Shown here in pieces: positions 1 through 14,377 of a stretch of DNA of 63,992 nt. Both the position numbers and the translations under genes were made by a program. Below the pieces are notes generated by a model. It ran no database searches and was not told the origin of the DNA. It was given only the letters and a program-made list of their open reading frames with translations. Origin of the DNA: Octopus bimaculoides (taxonomy: Eukaryota); NCBI RefSeq assembly GCF_001194135.2, contig NC_068982.1, positions 171,092,415 through 171,156,406 of the forward strand, written 5' to 3'. Numbering within the stretch: position 1 is the stretch's first letter; the number at the start of each line of letters is the position of its first letter.

Positions 1-43
<43 letters not shown>

Positions 44-60
44 ATAGATAGAGAGAGAGA
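1..60. repeat. (GA)n microsatellite
   Basis: Direct reading of the sequence. Confidence 0.95.
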
Positions 61-2310
61 TAGATGATAGACAATTAATTTTCCTATGTATCATTAAAGC
101 TGGATGATAAAGATAACGACATTACCTTTTGTTAAATAATATTCTCTCGCGAAAACACAATTTCTAGCCATATATACATACACAGAGAAGAAAACACGGG
201 CACACATACGAATGCATGAACACACATATCGCGCGCGCGCACACACACACACACACACGCACTCATAGACAGAAACATGCACACATGCCAGACATACACA
301 CATGTACGCAAATAATTGGCTCCTAATATGTCTCTCTAACTGTGGTAGGTATGCGTATTTGCGTGAATGAAGCTACGCAAGTAATTTTGGCATATGTATA
401 CATTGATATATGCATAAATGTACATAAAGCTACACATGCAAGCACATGTTAACACACATAGACTTACGTATTTATACACACACAACGCACGCGTGCACAC
501 ACATACACGTATCGAGTCGTACACATGCCCGCGCAAGTATCTATACATACACACACTTGCACACACACACACACATGTAAATGTGTGTGAGTAGATTAAT
601 ATATTATACATATACATATCGAAACTGGGTACATTCTGGATATCTTCAACTGCCGAAAGCCTGAGGCTTTTATTTCTCCATATATCTAGCATATATATTT
701 CCTTTTGACCTTTTAATTTCATTTTTGCCATAGTTTTTAGTTTCATATCTTAGATATATATTTCTAATGAATTCCGCTAGGCAAAATATATATTCTAATA
801 TCTTATCATAAAGGCACAGCTCCACTTTCTCGAAATGATCCATGATTTACCAAAAGGCAGTAGTAAAGATGTAAAAAGCATAAAAAAAGCGTTATATTTC
901 CGTTTGCTTATCATTTCAGTATTCCTTATACACCCTGCAACTACTGTGATAACACAAAGTTAGATTATACAATTTTGTACATGTTTTAATGTAGGAATTT
1001 CTACGTCTGCCAATCGAACCTTCCTAAAGTTTTGAGAACATCTTGGCCGAAAGCATGGACGCCCAGTAGGCAATAATTTGGAAGCCATTATCTTGATGGC
1101 GGACATGTGAAGTAACCAAGAATTTTCCCTGTAAGGATAAGTTCAGTGGCTGCAAAAGTATGTTGCATGAGACTGGCGAGTCGCTCTGTATATGTCACAA
1201 GTCTTTATCTACAAAGTCACCAAAATTATCATTTTTCTTGTCGTTGTCATCTTTCTCATCATGCACTTGATCATTCTGATCACGGTTATCATCGTTATAT
1301 TAGACTTGTTGTGTTCGCCCTCCTCATAATAAAATAGAGGGTCACAAAATTTTATGTCGATTTTCTCAACATTGTTATTACCATCAACATCACTGCGGTA
1401 TTTCCTTTGCAATCAGTACTGCTACCATAATGCTAATACAACAGACCCTATATCATCGTTTTAGAAACCAAATTCCGGTAAATATTATCAACTTCCAGAC
1501 CAACGAAGAAATTGTTACGTACAAGCTTAATATGTTTACATTTTATTCATTTACTTTTTTCAGTTATTAGAATGGACCTTATTTTACTACTTCTTCATGT
1601 GTTTTAGATAAATATGTTTTACCTAGTACTTATTGTTTCGGTTGCTGTTTATCGAATAAGCGAATTACTCTTTAATATATAGAAACAAATCTCGATACAT
1701 TGATTTTTACCGTAAACATGCACAATCACGAACATACAAACAAAAGTATTAAAATATTTTCCCTTGAACAACCAGCTGTATGGGTTTAACAATTGGTGTT
1801 AAAGTCAAACAATTATGAGAACAAGCTTCTTACTACAGGTTTAAGAAACAAACATTTACAGAAACATAGTAGCCTCCAAAAACTGACTTAAGATAAATAT
1901 ATCATATTTTTTTAGGCGCTTATAGAAACATAATTTTCGTTTATATATTTCACATACACGGTAGTTCATACCGTGTCCTAATTTCTAATTCGTTTTAGAA
2001 TAATATGGGCAAATAATAGATTAAGGAAGCTAATATGCATGTAGTGGCCTTCATGCGTGTTAAGTCATATACACAGAGTTGGCCAAAACTCACCTGACAG
2101 TAAATAAAAACCGTTTCATTCCAAGATTTATTTATGTTTAACAATTGAATGACTTTAATAAAAGCATCTACATATGAAACACCATGAAGATTGTTCAGAC
2201 TGAAGTCCTTTTTGAGCAACACATTTTTCCATTGGAGTCAATACAGAATAACAGATAGTTTTTAGAGAATTTTGATTTACTGTCGGGTGACTTTAGCCAA
2301 CATTGTATGC

Positions 2311-2344
<34 letters not shown>

Positions 2345-3421
2345 NNNNNNNNNNNNNNNNNNNNNNNNNNNNNNNNNNNNNNNNNNNNNNNNNNNNNNNN
2401 NNNNNNNNNNNNNNNNNNNNNNNNNNNNNNNNNNNNNNNNNNNNNNNNNNNNNNNNNNNNNNNNNNNNNNNNNNNNNNNNNNNNNNNNNNNNNNNNNNNN
2501 NNNNNNNNNNNNNNNNNNNNNNNNNNNNNNNNNNNNNNNNNNNNNNNNNNNNNNNNNNNNNNNNNNNNNNNNNNNNNNNNNNNNNNNNNNNNNNNNNNNN
2601 NNNNNNNNNNNNNNNNNNNNNNNNNNNNNNNNNNNNNNNNNNNNNNNNNNNNNNNNNNNNNNNNNNNNNNNNNNNNNNNNNNNNNNNNNNNNNNNNNNNN
2701 NNNNNNNNNNNNNNNNNNNNNNNNNNNNNNNNNNNNNNNNNNNNNNNNTATATATATATATATATATATATATATGCATATATACATACATAATGTACAT
2801 ACATATATATGTATATATACATGCACATATAGGTATAGGACATTAAAAAAAAACATAGACAAAATGAGAAACGAACATAAAAACAAAAATATAGAAAACG
2901 AAACTTTTTTTCGAACAACGATAAAACAAGGAGACATGCAACCTTAAGAACATTCCCTTCATCAGTTGTCCCCTATTTTATCTACTCCGCGTTTCGAAAG
3001 GAAGCACCGTTTTAACGAAGAGAAAATTATCTAAAGATAAATAATAGCCGAATTTAAATAATCACTGTAGCTTAATGATATTGTAGTTTTGTAGGAATGA
3101 AAAGGTATATAATTTAGGAATACATACTCGCACACGCACACACACACACACAAACACACACACACAAACACACAGACACACACGCACATATATATACATT
3201 CGCACACACACACATACACTCATATATATTTGCGTACAGCATACCCATAGGCACATGCATATTTCATGTGTTGAGAAGGGAGGATTACTGTATATCTATA
3301 TATTTCAAAACATCTCAACGCTTCTAAAAGAGCAAACATTGTTTACATACATCGTAATTTCACATATAGCGTCTGTAAGTTGTATTTATAAATTCAAAAA
3401 TTGCAGAAGAATTTGTTTGTA

Positions 3422-3490
3422 GGTAGTTTAGCTTAAAGGTAAGGCACTTTGACCAGTAATCACAGGGATGTAAGTTCGTGTCTCATGACC
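3422..3490 (+). other. Degenerate tRNA-like sequence (SINE head or tRNA pseudogene, possibly Thr-AGT-like)
   Basis: A-box-like TAGCTTAAAGG, short stem TGA-ccAGTaa-TCA and B-box-like GTAAGTTCGTGTCTC at tRNA-like spacing. The acceptor stem is not intact. Confidence 0.3.
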
Positions 3491-3576
3491 TGGTTGCTCA
3501 AACATTTTTTATGCAATATAAGAATATGCTATGCTATTCAGCATTATTATTATGCGTTTGAGAGTAAAATATTTCC

Positions 3577-3615
<39 letters not shown>

Positions 3616-5989
3616 CATACATATGTATATACGTATACATACATACGTGTTTGTGTGTGTACATACATATATAGTTGCGTATATGTCTATATCCCTAATG
3701 AAGCATTAAGTTCCTCATGATCTAGGAGCACATTTGATTATGTACTTCAAAAGACGTTGTTACTTAATAAAAGATGAAATAGACACGGTTGGAAAGCCTT
3801 TTATAATAGATCTAGTTTTTCACAGCTAACGTGATGCTAAACAATTATGTAAAGCAGAAAATCAAATCATTTTATTCCATTTCCCTCTTTTCGCTTATAA
3901 AATATACTACATAACTATCTTCTTAAATAAACTACAAAGCCTAAATGATATTCAGGTCAGGAATCCTATTTCGATTTCCTTAACAATACCTAAAAAGCAT
4001 TTGTGTTCTGAGCTACTGCTGTAGCTTTTACATGCATGAACTGCACACATCCGCATAAAACATATGCACTACTTGCATCGTTACTCTACTTGATAGTTAT
4101 AACAGTATACTATTTCCAGCATTACACAAACAGCCTTCAGACATTGGTAAATAAAAGGAGTAAATCTCAAACGCACTAACTCCTTATAGCCATTCTTCCG
4201 TAGAAATACCTTAACGTACATTATATATACTAGCTGTCTAGGCAAACTCTATATGGTTCATTTACCTAGAAGAAACAATAGCCAACTCTACTCAAATTAT
4301 ATTGAACAAAGAGAAAATTGAACAATGCAGTCGCAGACATACATGTCTGAAACTAAAACGGGAGGTTGCTGACTGCAACATCTTTGAGCGTACGTGATTG
4401 TCGAATTAAGAAAACGTGATTTTCCCAGCTTAAACTCTACCACACCTCCTATGATAAAAAGCTACGTGTCGGTAATTCCCGTCCGTGAGTAACCTGTAAT
4501 AAATGCAAAAATGCTGTGTTGAGTTTGTTTTACCGTCTTGGAACCCACACTGAATTAGTAATATCCATTTAGTATGTAATACGTTGCTTCTTTGATGCTG
4601 TCGACATTCCCAGTTCCAACAAATTTATGATGAAAATAATTGCAACCGCGACCGTTTCATCCTTAACATTTCACCATCATATTTAATGAATTATTTTCCT
4701 TTGTGTATTTTAAAGGAGATACGCTGCTATTTCTAATATTTCGAATGACCATATGAGCACCATCGTTGGCTTCTTGGTTGTCAAATGTAGTTTGTGTTTT
4801 CAAAGCTTCTGTATCCCACTAAAGACAGCTACCCTTCATGCCTGCAGTGTGGGCATCTCCTCAAATTTTAGAGTAATACAAAGCTGACTGGACATTGGGG
4901 AAAACAAAACATGCGCAATCAAACATAATGTATGTAATATGATAAGCCGCTGAATGTCGCAATATGCAATATGTTCCTTAACAACAAAGAAGCAGTTTCT
5001 AATTACAGTTTCCATAATAACACGTAAACCTAGTTTAATTTTCCTGAACTGATTACGGTCACACAAAAATCCTCATTACGCATTTGAGAAATCTGACGGC
5101 TAAAACGAAAAACAATCACCAACCTTATTGGTAAAACCTGTAGCGCTTCCAACATTGCAACAAATACTCCGCTTAATTTAGCATTACCAGTAACAGTACC
5201 GACAATACCAGCGCCACTAACACCACCACAATCGCTACGCACCTCATTATCATTATCCAAACTTATCGCAAATACAAATAACCTAAGTAATATCAGGATA
5301 TTACGCGCAGCTATGTGAAGCATTTAGACAATATCAGAAAAATGAAATAGAATAAAAGCAACTACTTTCTACCTGTCGTCAACACAGTCACAGAGCGAAT
5401 AAAACCAGAAACTCTATTACAGTAATTGATAGGCAACATCGTTCTATGCCTAAGAACTTTGAGAACACTAGTACTATATCCAGCTTTCAAGAAACGATGT
5501 TAGAATGTCAACATATAATGAGTCAAACAACTAAAAATAATGTCCAAATATTCTCCGGTGAAGCCACCAAACGGTAACCTGACATTGAACAAGTGCTACA
5601 CTTTTAAACTTTAATACTAATTAATTTTACCATGCACTGTATTGTGAAAAGCTAAGTATGTTAATAAGGAATTGATACCAAGTCCCAGTAAATGGCGAGT
5701 TGTCCTGGGCGGAATGGATTAACAGCAGAAGTATGAAAGATGAATGTTGAATAAGAGCCGAAAAAAGAAAAAAAGAATGAAAATTTTATCTGGTACATCA
5801 AGACTACTATGGTGTTCAATTACTTGTGTTTAGTATATCAGACAAATAAATGTTTTGCGGTCATTTTCTCGTTGTTTTCTTTCTACGTTCAAACTCATTC
5901 AATGCTGATTTAGCTTTCCTTGTTTCCGGTGTCGATAAATCATATTCTAGACAAGTATCGCAATCCCATCTATTAGTTGTTGCTTTTGA

Positions 5990-6215
5990 CGTTGCTGCTG
6001 CTGCTGATGCTGATGTTGATATTGTTGTTGTTGTTGTTGTTGTTGTTGTTCTTCTTCTTCTTCTTCTTCTTCTTCTTCTTCTTCTTCTTCTTCTTCTTCT
6101 TCTTCTTCTTCTTCTTCTTCTTCTTCTTCTTCTTCCTCTCCTTCTCATATTCTACTTCCTCTTCCTTCACTTCTTCGTCCTTCTTCACCACACCACCCCC
6201 ACCTCCACTACCAGC
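5990..6215. repeat. Compound trinucleotide microsatellite (GCT)(GTT)(CTT)n plus (CAC)
   Basis: Direct reading; explains the poly-L/R/K/F ORFs at 5850-6318. Confidence 0.95.
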
Positions 6216-6498
6216 ACCACCGATGCTTTTCATGGCAAAAGCATCAATAACTAAGACGAAGACACAATCATCATTTTCCCAGGTGAATCCATCAGCACTA
6301 CCACCAACACTATCTTAAACTACTGTCACCACTGTTAATGATAATGAGCTACCAACACCATCATTATCATTCCTACCTTTAACTTTACTTATACCGACAC
6401 AAATCATTTATAGTAAAAATATTTGTAGCCATAACCTCAGCAAAATCATGCCTAATACGATTTCTGGCGCAATTTGTATTGCCCTTAGCATCAATATT

Positions 6499-6675
6499 CT
6501 TTACTACTCTAGGCACAAGGCCCGACATTTTGGGGGAGGGTGTGGGAAGTTGATTCGATCGATCCCAGTACGCAATTGGTATTTAATTTATCAACCCCTG
6601 GAAGGTTAAAAGGCAAAGTCGACCTCGGCGGAATTTGAAATCAAAGCGTAAAGAAAGACGAAGTATTGCTAACAA
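6499..6675 (-). mobile_element. 5'-truncated tRNA-derived SINE (family 1) with perfect 14-bp TSD
   Basis: Body CTAGGCACAAGGCCCGA...CCCAGTACGCAA...GGCAAAGTCGACCTCGGCGGAATTTGA is shared with the 39953-40166 copy. TTAGCATCAATATT is duplicated at 6485-6498 and 6676-6689. Confidence 0.9.
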
Positions 6676-6694
6676 TTAGCATCAATATTACCGT

Positions 6695-6741
6695 TATCCT
6701 CCTCCTCCTCCTCCTCCTCATCATCATCATCATCATCATCA

Positions 6742-6772
<31 letters not shown>

Positions 6773-7267
6773 AAGAACAACAACAACAACAGCAACAACA
6801 GTACCAACAATAAGCAGCAACAGCAGCAGCCGCATTCAAGTCCTTGTTAGTCCTTTTTAGTACCACCACTGCAAACATCATCATCATCTATTCAGTCAAC
6901 CGACCTTCACATCAACACACGCATCACCATCACAACTGTCGTAATCATCATTATCATCATCATGACACTCACAAGCCACCACCAAAACTACAGCCCACAC
7001 CATCATCATCGTCCCCTTCCTCCCCGTCCTCCACTTCTTATTTCTCCACCTCTTCTTCTCCCTCTTAACATTTCACCACTTCCTTTTTCTCTTCTTCTCG
7101 TTTCTCTACATTAGCTCCCTCCTCCTCCACCTACTCCTATTCCTCCTCCTCTTCCTCCTCCACTTCCTCCTCCTCCTCCTCCTCCTCCTCCTCCTCCTCA
7201 TTATCATAGTCATCGTAGTAGCCATTATAGTTACTGACACCAAGAGCCATAACAACACCAACAGTAC
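6695..7267. repeat. Compound trinucleotide microsatellite cluster (CCT)(CAT)(GAA)(CAA)(CAG), then (CCT)n
   Basis: Direct reading; ends at an N gap. Confidence 0.9.
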
Positions 7268-8782
7268 NNNNNNNNNNNNNNNNNNNNNNNNNNNNNNNNN
7301 NNNNNNNNNNNNNNNNNNNNNNNNNNNNNNNNNNNNNNNNNNNNNNNNNNNNNNNNNNNNNNNNNNNNNNNNNNNNNNNNNNNNNNNNNNNNNNNNNNNN
7401 NNNNNNNNNNNNNNNNNNNNNNNNNNNNNNNNNNNNNNNNNNNNNNNNNNNNNNNNNNNNNNNNNNNNNNNNNNNNNNNNNNNNNNNNNNNNNNNNNNNN
7501 NNNNNNNNNNNNNNNNNNNNNNNNNNNNNNNNNNNNNNNNNNNNNNNNNNNNNNNNNNNNNNNNNNNNNNNNNNNNNNNNNNNNNNNNNNNNNNNNNNNN
7601 NNNNNNNNNNNNNNNNNNNNNNNNNNNNNNNNNNNNNNNNNNNNNNNNNNNNNNNNNNNNNNNNNNNNNNNNNNNNNNNNNNNNNNNNNNNNNNNNNNNN
7701 NNNNNNNNNNNNNNNNNNNNNNNNNNNNNNNNNNNNNNNNNNNNNNNNNNNNNNNNNNNNNNNNNNNNNNNNNNNNNNNNNNNNNNNNNNNNNNNNNNNN
7801 NNNNNNNNNNNNNNNNNNNNNNNNNNNNNNNNNNNNNNNNNNNNNNNNNNNNNNNNNNNNNNNNNNNNNNNNNNNNNNNNNNNNNNNNNNNNNNNNNNNN
7901 NNNNNNNNNNNNNNNNNNNNNNNNNNNNNNNNNNNNNNNNNNNNNNNNNNNNNNNNNNNNNNNNNNNNNNNNNNNNNNNNNNNNNNNNNNNNNNNNNNNN
8001 NNNNNNNNNNNNNNNNNNNNNNNNNNNNNNNNNNNNNNNNNNNNNNNNNNNNNNNNNNNNNNNNNNNNNNNNNNNNNNNNNNNNNNNNNNNNNNNNNNNN
8101 NNNNNNNNNNNCTGTGTTCCTTTCTGTGGAAGAGCATAGGCTCGAAACGTTAAAGACTTTTTCACTTCCCGAGCGTTAAACTAATACATCTGTTTGTTGT
8201 CTACACCACCTGTCTTCCTCTTTTGTTTTTTTTTTCTGAATTCTCCCTGTATATATATATATATATAGTTTTAGGGAAAAGAACCAAGTTTCATGAACTC
8301 ATCGATGAAAATCCACTATCACATATAGAAAAATTAATAATTAAAAGCACCATAAATGAGTATAATATAAAACAAAGTAAATATCATAAGATAAAGATAT
8401 ATAAAGATATATACGTATATATATAAGGCGAATGTTATTTATGAGTAAGGAGTACTCAATACATGTTGTTGTTGTAGAGGATAAAGTATTTTTTATTAAA
8501 ACATAGGGAGAATTTGTCACGGAAATCGTGTTTCAGTTTTACTAAACAACTATATGGTCCACAATATGAACTTAGAACTCGTTTCTCATTCGTTTGACAT
8601 TTATGGCGTAGAAATAAACGCTGTCCTCCAAGGTCTACTACACCCAACGCACCGAAACAAACTGAAAATGTGTTGCAGCAGATGATCGCAATGGTTTGAA
8701 ACTCCCATCGTGAAACGAACTCACTGCTTGACTTATAATAAAATAAACCCATAAGAATTGTATAGTATATATGCGTGAGCAT

Positions 8783-9225
8783 GTGTGTGTGTAGGAAGAC
8801 GTTTGATTCCCAACCATACAGTTTAGACTTCAGTCCAACTCCACGGCAATTTGGTGACGTGCTTTCTTTTATAACCTCAGGCCGACCTAAGCGTTGTGAG
8901 TAGATCTGGTAGACGGAAACTGAAAGAAGCCCGTCTTATATATATGTATATATATATATTCTTTTATCCGTGTCAGCTCTATACGTACGTATGTACGTAT
9001 CTATCTATCTATCTATCTATCTATGCCTTGGTGTTTGTATTTGTCTGCCACCATCACTAGACAACAGCTGTTGGTTTGTTTACGTCCCCGGTTAGGCAAC
9101 TAGAGAGCTATAGAATAAGAACCGGGCTTAAAAAGAAATAAGCACCGGAGTCGATTTGCTCGTGTGAAACTTTGAAGACGTTGCCCGAGCATGGTTACAG
9201 TGTAATGACTGGATTAAGTAAAACA
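8783..9225 (+). mobile_element. SINE family 2 (internal microsatellite type)
   Basis: GGTAGACGGAAACTGAAAGAAGCCCGTC is followed by an internal (TA)/(TCTA) tract and a 3' part with GTTTACGTCCCC...GAGTCGATTTGCTCG. Homologous to the reverse-complement copies at 20974-21410 and 42680-43048. Confidence 0.8.
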
Positions 9226-9479
9226 CAAATCAAAGATAAGTGTGTATGTGTGTGTGCGCGTGTGTTTGTGTTGTTTCTTCAAGATGAATTCATTTTTCGT
9301 GACTTCAGCTACTGCAATATTCATGTCAGTAATATCTACTTTCCGTATTCCGAATATTCTTAAATATATGAGAAGGGATTCATTTCTTTGTGTTTCTTTT
9401 TTTACACCTATCGTTTGCGTTAACTGAATCCTAATTACATATTATTGATATTCGACCTATGGTTATCTACATTGCATTT

Positions 9480-10450
9480 ATCGATTGTTTGTCATTTTTT
9501 TCACTGATCGATATCGGAATTGTTTCTCTTCGAATCGTTTTCAAAATCTTGTTTGATTGAAGTTGTCTTGCTCTGAATCTATGTTTCTGTATATCCTTGT
9601 AGTTGATCAATACCATAGTTAATCTTCCTGTTTTTGTTGAATACCCAGTTTCATTGTATTTTAACTTCTCTTCTGTTTCGGTACTTTTGCATTTTTTTTT
9701 TGTGCCACCCTCATTAATCCGTTTGCTCAGTGCCATATTTGTATTTGCCTGTTGAGTACATAATTCATTTCAAATTTTCCTAAGTTGTCGCTTTGTTTAC
9801 TTCATCTAGGTCGCCAAATAAGTGTAGGATAAACTATCTTTCGTTGTATTTTATATTTGACAACACTAAAGCTTCATTCTTTTTCGAGAGATAATATAGT
9901 TGGTTATTTCTTTGGAATTTATTCGTTGTTTCTCTACAGGAATTTCTGCCATTCATGTCTAATCGGATGCTATCTATTCTTGTAGTTTGAACCAATTTTG
10001 TAAAGCTAAGTTTGTTCCGGTGTAGTCTGCACCGTGACTTGATATCACGCCTTCTGCTGATCGAGCAAGCATATTTGTTGCGTAGCATTATTATTTTTTT
10101 TCTGCTTTCCGCAGCAGGCATAGCATAGAACATATGCATCTAGAATAGCTTCGTCTGTTACTGACCAATTTATACTTCTATTTTGTAACATTCTTACATC
10201 AACTTGGAAATTGCGTTTCTTCTGTAGAATAGGGCAGAGTTTTGTGAGTTGTATTCATCTGGCTTCATCGTAATCCCGCAACTGATCCATTCACCAACGT
10301 ATTGTACGTGACACATGTAGTATATGTTCGGAAAAGTAAAGTGGCATTTTTCATTACTCATTAAGTTATGCCTTGGGAAGATATCTGTGGTGAATGCACT
10401 TGGATGAGAGAGTAAATCTTACCAACTCTAAGAGTTAGCAATGTTAACTG
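9480..10450 (-). mobile_element. Highly decayed LINE AP-endonuclease region, probably RTE-like
   Basis: Stop-riddled minus-strand translation gives spaced fragments (LRVGK.., VSRTIRW*, ACCGKQ, TTPEQ, IPKK) loosely matching the order of RTE endonuclease motifs. Manual comparison from memory only. Confidence 0.3.
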
Positions 10451-13400
10451 CTCTTGAACACATCTTGTTTGAAGGATATAACGTGAAACATCTGATTGAT
10501 CGTCGTGGTTGCTTGCCGTGGTTGCTTGTCTGATATATTTCCATACGGCATCCCGCCAAGATGACACTACTGCAGCGGAGGGTCTCAGTTATCGGCTGCA
10601 GTACACTTAGATTTAGACAATCTTGAGCGATGAGAATTTGCTGTTTTAACAAGGTGGATCATTTAGTGATTGCTACGGTGTGTTATTCAAAGGCACACAA
10701 CAATTTAATTGGGGATTAACAACAACAAAGTAAAGTTTAGGTTGCTTAAAATTGAAGGAAGCCCAAAACATACTTAGCAGCTATAAATGTACAAACAACA
10801 AATTGGTAAAATCATAACACAGCAGAAATTGTGTTCCCAGCATGATGCTCTACATCAATGAAGTGCATGTCCAAACATAGCGATGATACAGTGGTTGAAG
10901 TGAAGATGGAAATACGAAAGCCTGTTCATTTACAATGCAAAACCTGGTCACATCCTATTACTAATATACGTTCTCCTGACAGACTGAGCATCCATGTCCG
11001 ACCACAGTAATGTTAAATCTATATGATTTGAAACAGGTATAATGTGTGTGTGCGTGTGTGTGTGTGTGCGTGTGTGCGTGCGTGCGCGCTCGCCTGGGCA
11101 TGTGTATGTATATCTTTCATTTCATGAAATATAATGAGTGCTCATATGTTCCTGATAATATATTGACTTTTGAAAATGCAGAGAAAAAGATAATGTAGAG
11201 AGGAGACGTGTCATTGGGATGTTAAGAAGCTCTCTACGTAGTTACTCAACTTGAAAGAAATAGCAACCATATTTCTCTCAAATTAGTGTATATCTTTACA
11301 TAAAACCCAGGATATATTGACTAATGCTATCAAAGGTCCGCTTGATTTGGAATGACCAGGTGTTAAACAATAGCAAAAGCAATGAGTTATTGAGTAGTTT
11401 CGACTCCGAGAGCAAATAATTTTATATCGCTTACGCTGGTTAATCTCTTATAAAAGGCATGTCTGTAACCCGAATTCCAATTTATTTTCTACATAATAAA
11501 ATATAATAATATTCGTGTTCCGAGTCAACAGAATCCAATATTCGGAGATTTGTAGTTGCTTTTATTGATGTAACCATATATATTCATGTCAATATTGCTA
11601 GAATATTGCATTCATGTAACTCAGAGCATGTGTTATAAAGTATAAAATCGGAATGTTTGTTACACATATATATTTCTCTAGAAATTTAATTAGAGATGGG
11701 AAGTAAAATTACTTGAAGTAGGAATTGATGCTGACTCGGTAAATCAGCTCTACACCACTTGACACAACAATTATCGTTTATTTAATTTATATATTAAATT
11801 ATGTCACTATCGAATTTTATATTTAACTAACCAGATATCTAATTATATGTATGGTTATATGTAATATGTGTGAGTGAGAGATTGAAAACAACATTCTTAC
11901 GTGCTAATACTAAAAGAAAGAAAGATTTATAAGTGATTGTTGTTGCTGTTGATGTCATTGTTACTGTTGCTTAACCTTAGTTTAGTCCCCATTATGTAGA
12001 CCTATAACTAAGCGTTTTTCATTCGCTATCATCCTATTCTAAAATGACGAAATGGTGTATATTGTGGCACATGTTACGATTATTTCTAGCAGCTCAAGCT
12101 ACAACTTTGAAACAGCAATTTTGATTCGTATGTATCTTGCGTGGGTTACCTGTATAGTAACTCGTCACTTTAGATTAGAAACGGAGTTATTGATATCAAT
12201 GACATAAATTAGATGAACGCCAGCTAATGAGAGTGCTATTATGTTGTTAATTCTCAAGGTAGAAATAACAGCCAAATGTTTGTAAGAACACACCTTCTCA
12301 TATTTGAAATGGAATGACGGAGCTCATGCTCGGGATTGAAGGATGTTAAATATTAACAACTATATACACGTAAATCTTTTTCGGAACTGATTGCTCATTT
12401 TTCATAATTTTATACATCTACTTGACATCTGCATTTTCATTACTCACTTAATTATAATATATGAAATTCTCATCTGCAATGGAAAATGGATGAATGCAAA
12501 CAGAAAAATTTACGTGTAGACCACATCCATTAATACCCTTCTTTATATCACAGTTATTGTTTCAAGGTTACACATTAAGACAAAGATTACTATTTCGAAA
12601 TACTAACACATCACACTACAGTTTAATTTAATCACTTAGCAGATGCCCAGTACAAAAATTCACAGATAATAACGACACAATATTATATTAATTCTATGTA
12701 GAAATCATTCACAAAAAATGGTAGCGGAATGTATTTTAATGAACTATGCTTCAAGTGTCTCTTAATAGATTGCTTTAAAAAATAATTTAGTACATAAGTA
12801 AATATTTTGCTTCGTCTTATATAAAAAAAACCAAAGTAAATAATTTGTATCATATACAGTAGGCTACAATTACGAGCACTTCTTTGAACTATGGAGGTTG
12901 TAGCAGTGAAAAATTTGCAAAGTTCCCCAATATCTCGCGTGCGTTGCGCATGACTTCACCAAGTTATTCAAAGCACATATCTGAATAAAATTTTAATTTT
13001 GCTCCCTCAAGCAGTAGAAGTTAAAATAGACGAAAGAAAAGAAGTTGGTGACAAAGATAATCACAATTAAAACTAAAATTGAGCAATTGATTTTACTCTA
13101 GATGTTTTTATTAATTAACAAAAAGACAAATAAGCATGACTTTTTCAAAGTATAAATTTATTCTACCTTAGCGTGGAATGTTTTTATATAAGTGAGAGTA
13201 TACGTTTATACGTACATATACGATCACAGAATTGTTAATATGTGACATGTTCAATAAAATATAGCGACAAAGCAGTGAATCAGTCAACCGGGAAGCGCAA
13301 TATTCTCGCAATTCTAAGTAAATGTGCATCTCTGGTTTTAATTTCTACCTGCGGCATTCTGAGGAGAGAAGTAATTATGTGCGGAAGAAAAAATAATTAT

Positions 13401-14336
13401 AATAATAATTCCGTGTGAAGGATTTTTGTCAGGTTGCTATGTGTTAGTAGCGCTACGGTAAACATGTGTGTGCACGGGTGCGTGTATTTTTTCGTGTGTG
13501 TGTATATGTACGTGTGTCTATGTGTGCGTGTATATAGAAATATAAAAATGGTTGAAAGGGGGATAAAGAAGACGTTAATACAATATATAATGGCACAATA
13601 TACACACACACATATTTATGCATATATACGCATTTACATGTGTATGTATATATATATTTATATACATTTACATTCATATATATGTTGCATCTTGGCGTTG
13701 ATATGTATAGTACTTGTCCTTGAATCTCTACACAATAGCCTTTAACATCTATGCATGTGTATGCGAATCGGCGTTTCGGTGTACTCAAACTATTGCAGAT
13801 GTGTACACGTACATGCATGTATAATCATGATCTAAAATTATGTCTCTGTGTTGGAAAAAAAATAACTGACTTTTGATTAGGCAGTTAAAGAAATGCAAGT
13901 TTGATTAAAGAATAAAGAAATGCAAGTCCGATTATACAGAAAAGAAACACACTTCGATCGTCTTTTCCTGATTACAGATTCGAACATATATCATTTTTCC
14001 AGTACGGCTAAAACTGTGGCTATTCAAAAAGATATGATATCCGTAAGCCAGCGAAACATCTTTATTTATCCCCAAATATAAGGCTGTACACAATAATTTA
14101 TATACTTGTATATACACTCTCACCACCGCCCCATATACATACACTCAGACGTGCGCGCACGTATATCATATAGTGCTAAGTGTTGTAAAATATATACACA
14201 TAGATATCTTACATAGTGGAAAGCTTTTGAAAGAAATAATACATTATAGTGAAGAAAGCTGTTAAGCGCGTGTGTGTTTGTGTGTGTTCTTGCGTACGCG
14301 TTTGCATGTATGTCTCTATAAATGTATGCGTTTCTT

Positions 14337-14377
<41 letters not shown>

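Noticed and set aside
94-746. CV/YI/HT-rich ORFs here and throughout the window
   Set aside because: Translations of (TG)/(CA)/(TA) microsatellite mosaics, not proteins.
2087-2240. Minus-strand open frame ending at CAG/GTGAGT, with an EKCVAQKG mariner-like peptide in another frame
   Set aside because: No good acceptor and no TIR; too short to tell exon, mariner remnant and chance apart.
2195-2947. Long ORFs spanning N runs (also at 7106-8165, 24110-24760, 30855-31845, 32961-34094, 41664-42533, 47370-48213 and 62608-63180)
   Set aside because: Artefacts of translating assembly gaps as X, flanked by dinucleotide repeats.
5030-5323. 97-aa minus-strand ORF considered as a cadherin or membrane-protein fragment
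   Set aside because: No cadherin DxNDN/PE/LDRE motifs; it is the antisense reading of a decayed CCA/CAA triplet tract.
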